A DNA stretch of 63,964 bases, counting the filler, from Saprolegnia diclina VS20 (taxonomy: Eukaryota), in NCBI RefSeq assembly GCF_000281045.1. It is 13 parts of 3 records of this genome, joined end to end, with 100 filler letters (N's around TTAATTAATTAA, not from the genome) between each part and the next. Parts side by side here need not be neighbours in the genome. Positions count along the whole stretch, not along the records: positions 11,679 to 34,193 come from NW_008246112.1; 12 more parts are not named here. One strand, 5' to 3'. The notes below the pieces were generated by a model. That model saw only the letters and a list, made by a program, of their open reading frames with translations, was not told the DNA's origin and made no database searches. The position numbers were made by a program, and so were the translations under genes. Of the stretch, positions 13,498 through 25,561 are shown in pieces. The stretch's first letter is position 1, and the number at the start of each line of letters is the position of its first letter.

Positions 13498-14105
13498 GCG
13501 AAGCTGCTCGAGCATCAACTACAAACACGACTTCATTGAATCAATATGTCGAATCGCGCCGCAGCAGGTCGGCGAAGGTGCAGCTACCATGGAGATGATG
13601 GCATACGAGGAGGCACGGAGGTCCTTGGAATGCTTGTACCTGGAGTACATGGCCGAGAGCGGAGTGTGCATCGGGGTCGGTCGTCGCTGGCGTGCGTCCG
13701 AGCGAGCCCACTGGAGAATGAAGTTGCGGCGATCGTCCATCATTTTGCCAGCACAAGCGCACCTACGGTTCGGATGTAAAATAGAGCAATGCATAGGGTG
13801 CGATGAAGTTGAGGGTCGCCGTCGGATCCATGAACCGCCGCCGGAGTCGGTCCCTACCCCTGGTTCCGACCAGCTCGGTGCGTCCATGCAGAGTGCGACA
13901 AGCTGGCTGCCGACCAAGTATGGCTGCGACGAGTGGTGGGTGCATGTTGCCGAGGTCCCGGCGCGGTGTCGTCCACATGGCCGTGTCTTGATCACATGCA
14001 TCTTGGCACTTGGCATTGAAGGGATAGAAATCACAATCATGAGCACACATTAGCTCCAACACTACTTCCCGGGTCTATCCTTGCTCTTGGTCTCGGGCTA
14101 CTTGC

Positions 14106-14462
14106 TCATGCGCTCGCTTCCACTTCCTTGATCTCGGTGCCGCTCTCGTCGACGGGCACGTCGATCGTCTGGGCTTGGCGATGCATCTTGGTCGGCGTGC
14201 TGTCGTCGTCGTTGTTGGCACGCTTGCGCTTATGGTCGTCGCTGGCCGGCGTCTCGTCGTCCGGCTTGGTCGTCCGCGCTCCATCGACATCTTCGTCGAG
14301 CGCTTCCGGCTCCATGTTGCCACCGTCGAGGAAGCCCATGCACGTGTCGAGCGCTTCCGTCAAGCTCGCGTCGCTGCCCATCGTCGTCGCCATCTCCTGG
14401 GCCAAGGTCGCAGCTGCCTCGGCGCTGATCGTCGTGTCGTGGAGGTTCAAGGGGCTCGCCAT
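14106..14462 (-). CDS. Small acidic hypothetical protein
   Basis: ATG at 14462 (MASPLNLHDTT...), coding-like codon usage, NLS-like HKRKR. Confidence 0.45.
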   Translation of the reverse strand: MASPLNLHDTTISAEAAATLAQEMATTMGSDASLTEALDTCMGFLDGGNMEPEALDEDVDGARTTKPDDETPASDDHKRKRANNDDDSTPTKMHRQAQTIDVPVDESGTEIKEVEASA

Positions 14463-15029
14463 GGCTGCTGCTGCTGTCGTCTTCTTGGCTCGGAGGCAAG
14501 TTGGAAACTGAGGTGGCCACGGTGGCCGCGCGCAACCGCAATTTAATATCGCAATTACAGTTGCATACAAGAACCAAGGTATAAAATAAACGGAGTGCTA
14601 ACCCTACACCGCAGAACACAATTCGCGCGCGAAAAATGACAGTTTCATCGTATTCGGGTACACCCCCTACGCTTCGAAATTCCAGACTAAAAAATACGGT
14701 TGGCCCATACCTTTTAAAGAGAGGTAGTCGAATGAAATGTGGCGTGTTTTTTATGACACGAGGCCAAGGGTGGGTCGGAAACAGCGGTCGTGGGCGACGT
14801 AGCGGGTCCGACGCGTGGTTTCGCGGAAGCACGGCCACCCTCTACCTTGCTTGCCTCCTTCCATCTTCCTTCATCTTCCTCCATCGTCCTACATGCTTCC
14901 GCGCTCCATGCTTCCGCCATGCGTCCATGCTCCCCATGTGTCCATCATTTGGATCTCGACCCTAGCCCTGGATGCAGTCGCCGTGCATATGTAACGAAGA
15001 CGACGATCCACGGTTCATGACGAAGCGCA

Positions 15030-15245
15030 TTACTCGTAACCTAGTCGGTTCAAGACGCGCGTCTCGGCTTCGGCCCGCGCAATCTCTTGGCGGAGCATGG
15101 CTTTGTGGAGCTGTCGCTTGAGGCGCTGGACCCGGCGAGCGGCCATCTCTTCGTCGTCCTCGTCGCTGCTGCTACTGTCGTCGCTGCAGATGGCGTCGTC
15201 TTGCGCAGGCAGCACGAAGCGTTCGTCGGGCGTTGGCTCTGTCAT
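15030..15245 (-). CDS. Small hypothetical protein (71 aa) with acidic tract and C-terminal coiled coil
   Basis: MTEPTPDERF...SSSSDEDDEEM...LKRQLHKAMLRQEIARAEAETRVL; C-terminus resembles that of the neighbouring gene. Confidence 0.5.
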   Translation of the reverse strand: MTEPTPDERFVLPAQDDAICSDDSSSSDEDDEEMAARRVQRLKRQLHKAMLRQEIARAEAETRVLNRLGYE

Positions 15246-15404
15246 GGCAATCGATGCGACTGGAAGCTGGCGGGTTGAAGAATGACCGCGTTGGCGGCTA
15301 GAACGACTAGGGTTGCGGTTGCGAAACAGTTACTAACCGTTCAATTCGTAGCCGTTACGGCTTGGTCGACCAGGTATTCTTTGCGAGATATCGAACGAAG
15401 AACA

Positions 15405-15424
15405 GATATTGCGCGCGCAATATC
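15405..15424. promoter_or_regulatory. Perfect 20-bp palindrome upstream of the 15030..15245 gene
   Basis: GATATTGCGCGCGCAATATC is self-reverse-complementary; further GCAATAT copies nearby. Regulatory role is inferred. Confidence 0.4.
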
Positions 15425-15625
15425 GCACGTGCAATGAGCCCGCTGCAATATGCAATATATCGACGCTCGATGATCCCAATCCCGGGTACGTAACTCAAAG
15501 TGGAGCGAGAGACAACCAACATGGACATGCAAGTCTGACGAAGAAGGCTAGACATGCCACGCAGGATTGAATGAAGAAGAAGGACGATGATGCATGAGCC
15601 CATGTATGGAACGGACGTAGTAGAC

Positions 15626-16432
15626 TTAGGCGGCTTGGACGTGTTGAGCAACAAGCAAGGCGGCCTTCTGGCACTTCAAGACATACGTGTCGACTTGGGT
15701 GCGCGCAATCTCCTTGCGAAGCTGCGCCTTGAGAAGCTTGCGGCGAAGTTTCTTGGTGGACCACGCCTTGCAGATGCGCTTGGCTTCCCGCGATGACTCT
15801 GTCTCCTCGTTCTCAGACGGGCGTCGTTTTCCGAGCGTCGCACTGCTTGTTGGGGGCGCAGGGATCGCCGTCGGGCTCGCAGCGCGCGTGATCTCGGGCT
15901 CTGCGGGTCGACTTGGGACCGCTCTCTTCCGCGACTCGGACGCCATTGTCGTCGCCAACGCGCTGCTTGCCTTCTTCATCTTGGCACCTGGCGCTTCAGC
16001 CGCGGTCTTGGCCTTGTAGAACCCGTGCTTGTGCGGTGTGGGACGAGCAAAGCTCGGATTCTCGGTCGCCATAGCTTTGGCCTTGGGATACATGGGCCGC
16101 GGGCTAAAGAAGGACGGTCGCACGTCCCATCGATCACCGAGCGATTGACGCGGTCGCTTCCCGGCCGCCGATGTCACAAGCACCACGTCGAGTATCGGTG
16201 ACGGCGTCCGAGGGGTCGCAGGTCGAAGCTGCGGGTTGATCTTGCACGGGTCGTTCGCATTGCGCTCGTCGGGTTCGTCGAGCTCGGTGCTTGGATTTGG
16301 TCGATCGTCCCCATCCTCGTCCTCGTCCTCATCATGCTCATCGTCGCTTCGGGCGTCGACGACCATGGGGCGCTCCGGCGAGCTGGCGGCGCTGCTGCTA
16401 GCGCTACTGCTCCGACTGCTGCTGCTGCTCAT
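15626..16432 (-). CDS. Disordered Ser/acidic/basic hypothetical protein with C-terminal coiled coil
   Basis: Open frame from MSSSSS to ...KLRRKLLKAQLRKEIARTQVDTYVL. Confidence 0.6.
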   Translation of the reverse strand: MSSSSSRSSSASSSAASSPERPMVVDARSDDEHDEDEDEDGDDRPNPSTELDEPDERNANDPCKINPQLRPATPRTPSPILDVVLVTSAAGKRPRQSLGDRWDVRPSFFSPRPMYPKAKAMATENPSFARPTPHKHGFYKAKTAAEAPGAKMKKASSALATTMASESRKRAVPSRPAEPEITRAASPTAIPAPPTSSATLGKRRPSENEETESSREAKRICKAWSTKKLRRKLLKAQLRKEIARTQVDTYVLKCQKAALLVAQHVQAA

Positions 16433-16982
16433 GTGTGCGCGACTTGGCAAATTGGCAACTGATCTCGTCGGCGTCGCGCGCCAAGAGCAGCATACTTTGA
16501 TTCATATCAACGCCACCGATCCCTACCCCTACCCGTTTCCCAGGACCACTTGGTGTTTGTATACCCGACTTGGCCGCAGGATTTTGAAACGGCCACGAAA
16601 CACTGTTTCGATCGCATCCACTGTACTACTGTCGGCAATCAACCGACAACTATGTCCACAAGGACAGCTATACCACCAGTGTATTTTTGTCCTTTGTGTA
16701 CACATCTTTGTAAAAGGTACGGAGCTACAGTAGTTAGCAGCGTCAATACTACGAGGTGTCTCGTGGCGGCGGTGATGTAAATACCTTGAGCCACGCCGGT
16801 TCGTATCAATTTATCAACTCACTCGAGGGTAGGGTTGCGACACCTAAAGGACTACACAGCCATCCATTGGCACTCGGCGACGTTTACTGGGGTAGTACAG
16901 TCGCAGTGGACGTGTCAGCTGGTCTGTTGACCATACATCTCTAGACGGATATCGCATTACATATCATCTCTACATCATCGAG

Positions 16983-19900
16983 CTAGTCCGTCATGGCAAC
17001 GTCGTTATGGGCATCGACAAACAGTGGGAGGCCGTAGCACACAGCGGCTAGGCCATTGAGCGACTGCAGTTTGCACTCACGTCGCGCGATCACCAGTGCG
17101 GTCGCTAACGACGTCTCGCCACCAAACCACTCGTTCAACAGCTTGAGACTGAGCCGGTCAATGTCGCGGTCGGTCACGTCCCATAGCATACCGACGACCG
17201 CGCGGCTGTTGGCGGCCAAGTAGCTGAGAAGCATGCCTTCCGGGAGGTAGATGCCTTCTTGCTTGAGGCGACCGCTGCTGCAGCCCAAGAGAAGCGCGAC
17301 GCTGGCTTTCGACCACCCCGCAAGCACGTCCCGATGGAGGAATACCTCGCCCGAGCCGTGCCCCGAGTAAATGAACACGTCGCTCTCTTGAACATACGTG
17401 GCCATGCGACTGGCGGTATCGTCGTGCGGGCCAAAGACGCCATGCCACTGCCACGCGCTCGCCGCTTGGTCCAAGAACGGTCGCAGCACATTCTCCGTCG
17501 CTACCAAGTCGCCCGACGGGTTGATCATGTACCGGACGCTGAGCTTGGAGACAGCAGCGTCGACCGGCGACAAGATTGAACGCAGGTTTGGCATGCGGCT
17601 CACGGCCATGTCGCAGCAAATGCCGAGGCCTTCCCACGGAAACGCATGCACCTTTTCATCGCAGACGAGGATCGTTGGCCCAGGTGTGTCGGCCGATGCG
17701 TGCACTGGGAATCGAACCGCCGCCAAGTTGATGCGCGGTACGATCGACCGGAGGCCCGCGAGGGCCACGTCCCGAGTCAGCTTGTGTTGCTGCAGCGCGT
17801 AGAGCACTGACACGAGCAGTTCGTCTTGGACCAAGGAGAGCGTTGCGACTTGCGCGCGGACCGAGGCCACGGCCGCGACGACGGCCTCTGGCAACACCGC
17901 CGGTCGACTGAGAAAGAGACTGGCGTAGTGCCCAAGTTTGGTCTAGTACACAGTGTCGACATGTCCCATACAAGACGTCGAGAGTCGGAGTACCATGGCT
18001 TTCTCGAGCAAAAGGTGCAGCTGCTTGTCGAGATGATTGCGCTGGTGCCACCACTGCTTCTTTTGCGTCGCCGACCACGCGTGCGCTTCGTCGGCAGTGT
18101 GCCCCGACAACGTCTCACTACGTATCATCATCGTACCGCCAACCTGCGTCATCGACGATATACATACTTGGAGGCAGCAATGATCTTGTGTAGCCCCGAG
18201 AGAAAGCTCTCCATCGGGAAAACGCTCTTGGGCAGTGCGACGGTGACGGGCACCGCGCCATTGCGCTACCATCCACCTCGTCAGCTTCACTCTATAGCAA
18301 ACAAGAGGCGTCGTACCTGGAGGCGGTGCAGCACAAGCTCCTTGGACGACGTCAGCGAGAGACACACAACGTTCCAGTTGGCCGGGATCTCGGACGAGAC
18401 GAACGCGGTCTGGAAGGCGTCCGTCTGCATTTGAAAAAACTCGGGCGGCGCCATGTTCTCGGGCTTGGATGCGTCGTGTTTGCCTTCACTCTTGTCGCAT
18501 TTGTCAACGCGGACGCCAGACGCTTGCAAGAGCGTCATGTTCCACAGCAGTTTGCGCTGCATGGCAACCTCCGTGTGCTTGGCCGTCTCGATGAGCGCCA
18601 GCGTCAAGTCGCGACACACCACATGCAGCAACTGCGGCCGATACCGCATATGCACAACCAGACACCACGCTTCGCGGAGCGCTTGGATGCTCTGGGAGAG
18701 GAGGTCGAGGCGCTTCCCGTCGTCGTACGTGAGCGCACGATGGTAGACGGCGAGGCCCACCGCGTGGAGGCACCGCGCCTTCTCGACATCGCACATGCTG
18801 AGTTTGAGAGCTTTTTGAAAGGCCGTGATTGCGTCGTCGGGAAACGCCGACTTGGTCTTGTCAAAGTAGTAGGCACCGACAGCGTTGGACGCGAGTTTGC
18901 GGTAACTGCGCCCGACGATGTAGATGAGCCGCTTCTGCGACTGGTAGTACGGAATGATGCGGTGCTTCGAGAGCTTGTACGCCTTCTGCGCCGGGCCGTA
19001 GACGCTCTGGACATGGAGCATATCGCCTTCAAAGAGGTCTTCGTTGCACGCTTGCGCCATCCACGCATCGTCGAGTTGCAGCGTTGCATCCTGTGGGATC
19101 GGCAGCAGCTTGGCGAGCGCGGACTGCGCCACCGTCAAGTTGTGGCGCTGGAGCTCCAGGCGCGCGCTGACGAGCGCGACTTGCCGCGTGCACACAAGCC
19201 GTGGGTGCAGACCAAACGCCAGCGCTTGGGCCCGACGCAAGTACACGAGCGACCTAGTCCACAGGTCAGGCGACGCAAAGCCGACAGGAAACGTACTTGG
19301 CCGGTGCGCCGAGCTTGGCATGCACGTCACCGAGGGCCGAGAGAACCGTGAGCGTATCGTGGAGTACGCGCCATCCGTTGGCATCGTAGCTTTGAAAATG
19401 CATTTTGCCCGGCGCGGCCAGTGGCGGCAGCAAAATCGTATCGAGTCCGAGGTACTGGACGTGCTGGAAGCAGAGGTGGAGCGCTGTTTTGAGCGCATCG
19501 GCCGCGTCTTCGTACCGTCCTTTGGCAGCGTACGCCGACGCGAGTGCGACCTGCACACAACGCGACTCGGTCAAGCCTTTCGACTTCGAGCGCGGCGACT
19601 GGTCTTGGAGAGAGTGGAGGAGTCGCAGGGCGCCGTCCACGTCGCCCGTGCTCTGCATCGCCGCGGCCTTCTCCCACGGTTCGCGCTCGCTTGACAGTCG
19701 TCGCTACAGTAGTTTAGTTGATACGACAGACTATAGTACAGCGTCGAGACGTACGTGGAAGGAGCTCCACCCGAGCACGTGGCAGGCACCGAGGAGCGCA
19801 TTGTGATACGGGTTCTCGTCGTCGTTTGTCGGGCTACCAGCTTGCGTGTACCCGGCGACCGCACTCTCGAGGTCGGGGCGAATCGCATCAAACGGTATGG

Positions 19901-22062
19901 GGCACTCGACCGATGCGTAGGCGGAGCTGATGATGCGCTCGAGCCGCCATATCGCCCGCCAGCCCGCTAATATCGGCGTCGTGTCGTTGGCGACGGCTTG
20001 TAGCAACGTATCCAGCGAGGTGAGCCATCGCGCAGCGTCCCGATGCACGTAAAAGTCGGCGAGGGCACGTGTCCGCTGCTGTAAGAGCGCGTCGACACGC
20101 GACGTGGCGACCAATGCGTGGAGGTCGAGCGCCGCGTCGAGTCGCTCGAGCGTTGTGGCGCAGGCTTCGCGGCGCAAGTGCCGAAGCCACTTGGTCGTTT
20201 GCCTGTGCACTTGGTCGCGCAATGGCGTCGCCACGGGTGGGGACGCCTGCAGCAGACGCGTCATTGAGTCGACCATGGTGACGCGCGGCGCGTCAAAGAG
20301 CACGTGCAGGTACTTGTCGACATGGGATGCGTCGACGCGCACGGCGGTCTCGAGCGACGTTATCGCCAAGTCGAGTTTGTGCATCTTGTGGTACGCGGCG
20401 CCAAGGACCGCGTGGAGCTTGTCGCTGTGCGGCGAGGCGAGCACGCCGAGTTGGACGACTGCTTGGTACTGTTCTTGCTTGAACCACTGGACGGCGGCGG
20501 CCAAAGCGTCCGAGCCGACGGCAGAGAACGCCGCCACCGCGTCTGGCGTGGGCGACGGTAGAGAGACCGCCGTGTACAGAGCGATCGCGCGCTCCATGTA
20601 GCCGAGGAGCGTCATGGGCGCGTCGATGGCCATGCGCATGCACATGCGAAGACAGTAGAGCTCTTCCTGCACGAGCCGGTCGCGATCCGCTGCCGACTTG
20701 CTCCCTTGCCGTAGCCGCGTCGTCCATTCGAGCAGCCGTGGGTAGGCCAACGTGCCTTGGGACACGAGGCGCCGCTTGAGGCAGCGCAGGGCAATGGGCA
20801 GCATGGCCAACGGCAGGTCGCTCCCGAGGCTCTCCAGCAGACTGTCGATCGCACTGGTTTGATCGAGGAGCGCGAGTAGTCCGAGCCAGCGCGAGTCGGA
20901 TGGTACGAGGTTGAGACGCACGTAGGCCAAGGTCGCTGGCACACCCGGGTGCGACGGCTCAACGACGACCCAGTGCTCGAGCCACTGCAGTAGGATCGGC
21001 CAGCTCGTGGCTTCGTCCGCCTACAAAAAAATGCTATGCTCCAAACCGAGAAGTCGACAGGATGTGCATACCGCCGCCTGCTGGGCCAGCAAGGTGTGCC
21101 AGAGGGACGTCATTTCAGCGTACAACGGCGATGGTGACTGCTGCGCATATTTCTTGAAGAGGACGCCGGTGCGATGGAGCTATCTATGGTGTAAGCGCGC
21201 GGCAGGAAGGAGAGAGGAAGGGTACCTGCTGAAGAAACATTGGCCATGGCCCACCCGTGTAGGCCAAGCAGCGGAGGCCGTGCGTGCGCAAGTGCAAGAC
21301 GGTACCGGCGTCGTTCGTGGACGCCTTCTCGAGGCCCGTCGCGCATTTCCAAAGAAGACGGTACGCCATGTCCCATGTTGTTTTCGTCAGGCGCGAGGGG
21401 GCGAGGTCGTGGAGGACGAGGATGGCGACTTTACCTTGATGGAGCTGCATCTGAAGGCAGACGACGAGGAGCTTCTCCATGAACGGGGGTAGCGTGGACG
21501 GCAAGTCGTAGAACTTGCGCTGGAGCGCGACCCAGTCAAAGTCGTCGTCGTTGGAGGTGGATGGCACAAGGAACTGGACGCTGGTCAAGACGAGTCGAAG
21601 ATGGTAGTGCATGAGGAGGCGGCAATACTCATGCAAGCCGCTGGGTAGCGGGAGTGCGGCCACGTCGAGCAGCTTCCTGGCGAGCTGCAAATGCATGTTC
21701 TCCCACGTAAACGGCTGCTTGAAGCTGACCTTGTCGCGGTTGAGGTTGATGACAAGGAGGCTCGCGAGCACGAGGAGCGAGAGGTCTTGCGACGCTTGTA
21801 GCGCGAGCTGGATGCCCTGCAAGCACAGGCTCGGCGACTTGTCAATGGCCACGTTCTTGGCGCCCGGCGTGGGGGTGGCGACCGCGTCCGACGTCTTGCG
21901 CTGGAGCAAAAGCGTCGACAGCTTGGCGTGCTCGGGAAAGGTCTTGGGCTTGAGGAGCAGGAAGAGCTCGAGCGCATGGAGCCCATGCTTGGACGACGTC
22001 GATGGAGATGGAGCTGCTGGAGCCTTCTCCACATGGCGCAGTGTCTTGACGACGGCTTCCAT
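16983..22062 (-). CDS. ESP1: Separase (peptidase C50), multi-exon
   Basis: C-terminal exon: HAFPWE, SRMP, YMINPSGDL, FIYSGHGSG (catalytic His), LLLGCSSG (catalytic Cys), VVGMLWDVTDRDID, AAVCYGLP. Preceded by helical/TPR-like ORFs (18287..19558, 19731..20942, 21184..22068) on the same strand; ATG at 22062. Confidence 0.9.
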
Positions 22063-22539
22063 GACCACGTCCGCAGCCGGCCTCTTCCGTGGACCCGCGG
22101 CAAACTTGGAAATGATTCAAATATTGTCCGGATAATGTTATTCAAACGGACTTCGATACAAACTGTAGTACTTGTTTCTTGTATGCAGTGATTCGTAGTT
22201 CGAAGTGTCTGTCTCGTCCATCCGGATACGCCCGCCGCTGAGGCGAAGGGTCAGATTTGTGCTGGATTCTCCTGCGGAATGCCGAGCCCGTGAAGGCCCA
22301 GGCCTCCTCACACCTCGCGAGGAGTCGTTCTATCGCACCTTGCGCTTTGTATATTGATATGAACTGATGTCTCATGACGAGAAGAGCGGTGCCAAGGAGG
22401 ACGTTCGATCCGTTCGATACTGGCGTCTGCATACTGAATCCAAGTACTTTTCTAATTCGGCAAAGAATCGATCCTTTCGAATATTCGATCTTTTGACCAA
22501 TGGCATCGACGCATTCCGCTTTCGAAGCTCCGAGCCAGC

Positions 22540-23286
22540 ATGGGGAACGATGGGGGTGTCATCGCGGTCAAGCGCAAGTTCATGCGCCATGGCCAGCACA
22601 AGCAGCGCGACGAGCAAGCTGACCAGCGCACGCTACGCGCGAAGCGCACGACCATGTGCGCCTTGACGGACGAGCCGCTGGCCGCGCCGATCGTGGCCGA
22701 CAAGCTCGGCAACCTCTTCAACAAGGCGTCGCTCCTCGAACGTCTCCTCGAGCGCACACTGCCGCCGGAGCTGAGCTACATCCGGTCGATGAAGGACCTT
22801 GTCAACTGCAAGTTTTACGCCGACGAGACGTCGGGCCTTCGCCACTGCCCGATCACGCTGCAGGCCTTCAACGGCAAGCACCCGTTCATCGTCCAGAAAA
22901 AGTGTGGCTGTGTCCTCTCGGAGAAGGCGCTCAAGGAAGTCAAGTCCCCCGAGTGCCTCATGTGCGGCGCGCCGGCGCGCGAGAAGGACCGCATGGCGCT
23001 GCTCTTGCCCGAGGAAAAGGCCATCGAGGTCATGCTCACGCTCCACAAAAAGGACGATGGCAAGGTGACAGCCGCCGCTCCCGCGCTCAAGCGCAAGCGC
23101 GACGACAATGCACCGAACGCGCCCAAGTCCAAGGTCCGCGCCGTGAGCGAGGCCCTCGATGCAGTCCAGGCCGAGAAGGAGAAGAGCGCAGTGTTCGCCT
23201 CGCTCTTCTCGGGCGAAAAGTCATCCCAAAAGTCGGCCAACGACCTTTTGATGACCGTCGGTGGCATGCGCTACACGCTCTCCTAG
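22540..23286 (+). CDS. RTF2: Replication termination factor 2 (Rtf2/C20orf43 family)
   Basis: MGNDGG N-terminus, CALT.EPL..PIVAD.LGNLFNK, CPIT...FNGKH.F....KCGCVLSEKALKEV...C..C RING-like motifs. Confidence 0.93.
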   Translation: MGNDGGVIAVKRKFMRHGQHKQRDEQADQRTLRAKRTTMCALTDEPLAAPIVADKLGNLFNKASLLERLLERTLPPELSYIRSMKDLVNCKFYADETSGLRHCPITLQAFNGKHPFIVQKKCGCVLSEKALKEVKSPECLMCGAPAREKDRMALLLPEEKAIEVMLTLHKKDDGKVTAAAPALKRKRDDNAPNAPKSKVRAVSEALDAVQAEKEKSAVFASLFSGEKSSQKSANDLLMTVGGMRYTLS

Positions 23287-23750
23287 CCATCGTGTATACT
23301 TCCTCTTCTGCAAACTAACTAACGCTTCATGACCGTGAAAGCTCCACTGTCGCAGCGACACGCCTTCTCCTCCGACTCCAACACAACTCGGCACGTATCT
23401 GTCATCGCTCAAGCCGATGGCGAGGCCTGACGCGCTCCTTCCAACCGCAAGAGCCAACCACGTGGCCCGGCACTGTCCTCTGTCGCTGACTGTCGTGCAG
23501 CCCGACAGATCCACGACAGTATTCCCACCGTCTGCTGCGTCTCTGGACTTGGCTTGGCTTGCTGGGTCGGCGTCTCTTCCGGCCGGGCGACCGGCGGCAG
23601 CCAACCACACGGTTGCAGGCTATCAGAACTGGAGCTGTCGACAGATATTGCCCGGTTTACTAGAGAAGGTACTCTGGTTACGACCAATCTGGTAGTCGTC
23701 TAGATGAACGAGATAACTTACTCTTCCTTTCACCGTCCTCTGCGACGCAT

Positions 23751-24793
23751 TTACTGCTCCAGTCTCCAGTGTACCCGTCCTCGGTCAGTGCATGTCGCTA
23801 CTACATATGCAGCCTGCCAACAAGGAGCTCTAGGCCCATGATGGGCCCGAGGCAGCATAGGGGCCAACACGCCGCATGGCGCCTCAGTATGACACAGCCG
23901 ACCAATTGTACACAGTGTATGCAAATGAGACGACTCGTCGACTAAGCGTGGTGGCCCACGGCCGACGTGTTCCAGCCCTTGCGCTGCATCTCGAGGAGCT
24001 GCTCGTCGAGCGCTTCGGCGAGCTGCGTCGTGGCGTTCATGATTTGCACCAGCGACTTGCGCACTTGATCGGGCTGTTGCGGTACGTGGCGGCGCAATGC
24101 ACCCAAGTCGTTGCAACTGCCCGAGGCTTCCATGCGCGTCGTGGTTACGAGCCGCCGATACTCCCGTTCAAAGACGTCGAGGTCCAGGACGCTGAAGCGG
24201 GCGTCGCCACTTCGCTGCGAGCCAATCGCATACTGCCCATGGGGATCCTACCATGTGACGTTGGAGGCATGCACGTCGGGAAGACAAAAGCGATGCTGAC
24301 TGTCGACCTGCACAAGCGAATAGATGCGGTCCGTGCCGAGGTACTTGGTCCGCGCGTTGGCTTGCTCCTATGCCTCGTGTGTTATATTAGATCCTTGCAG
24401 TCATATCCTACAATCTTGGTGATAAGCCGGTCCTTGATCTGCTCGTGCTCGAGGTGTAGCTGCTCCTAAACGCAAATGACTGAGCACCCAACGCCGTTTT
24501 GTCAACTGCGGTCGTTGGAGTACGGCAAACGCCATGTCATCGAGCTTCTTCTTGGCGGCCGACCGCCGCAAGTAGGCTTGGGACGCCGCTTGGTGCTCGG
24601 CCGCCCGTGCCAGCGTCTACGTACCGTAAGATCTAAGAGCTGAAGCTAATCAAAGTGCAAAGTGAACCATGTGCCGCCGGAGCTTGGAGAAGCAGGCCGA
24701 CTCGGGCCGCGTAACGCTGGTGGGTAGTGGTGTGCGCGCGATGGTGCTAGCGGTCATGGGCCGGCGGGCGACGATCGTCGGCGCGTTCTCCAT
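23751..24793 (-). CDS. Hypothetical multi-exon coiled-coil protein
   Basis: ATG at 24793 (MENAPTIVARRPMTAS), coding-like minus-strand segments separated by short intron-like stretches; boundaries approximate. Confidence 0.4.
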
Positions 24794-25286
24794 CGTCTGC
24801 GCGCCGAACACCATAAGATTGGCAAGTCGTTTTATAACTGAAGAGGGTCCACGTCTGCTTGAGAGATCAGAGTACAAAGCCAGCGTTGAACCTGCGTCAT
24901 GCTACATCTCTTGTACTGGCATCCGACAAGATACGCTCGTTTGACGCAGGATCGCACCATGACGCTACGTAAGAAGCGTCGGCATGGAGCCCGAGGACGC
25001 CACACGTCTCGTTCATTTGTCTGTGGAACCCGAGCTATCCTTTGTCGCCTGTCCCACCTCAACACCCCTCAATATTCAATCGATCGACACTACATATGCT
25101 TGTTGTTTGTTGTAGCGAGTTGGTATCGGTGTTGAGACCACGTAGCGCCGTCCATGGGGCGCTGTCGGCGCTACACGGTTGCGCTACCGGCAAACAAAGA
25201 CAGTCTATTGACGTTCTGTCTCGTACATCAAAGCCCTAGGCGAGCCGGCTGCCAATTTCACCAGCAGCGATCGTCGAGACGTGACG

Positions 25287-25324
25287 CCTGCCACTCACTG
25301 CCTGCCACTCACTGCCTGCCACTC
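25287..25324. repeat. Tandem repeat, 14-bp unit CCTGCCACTCACTG, ~2.7 copies
   Basis: Read directly from the sequence. Confidence 0.85.
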
Positions 25325-25561
25325 TCGTCGTGGAGCAGGACGCTGCTGCCACAAGGTGCTTTTGCCGACAGAGCCACCGTCCAGGTCTTGACTCGGAATC
25401 GTCAACCTTGGCCGCGGTGGGGAGCTGGCGGTCGGAGGGTAGGGGTGGTTCGACCCGCCCTGTGCAACGCTACTACGCTCCTTCCACGTAACTAGTACGT
25501 TGGTGGGTCACAGCGCAATAACAACAATAGAATGAATAGGCATAGTAGCGCCGTCGCTATC

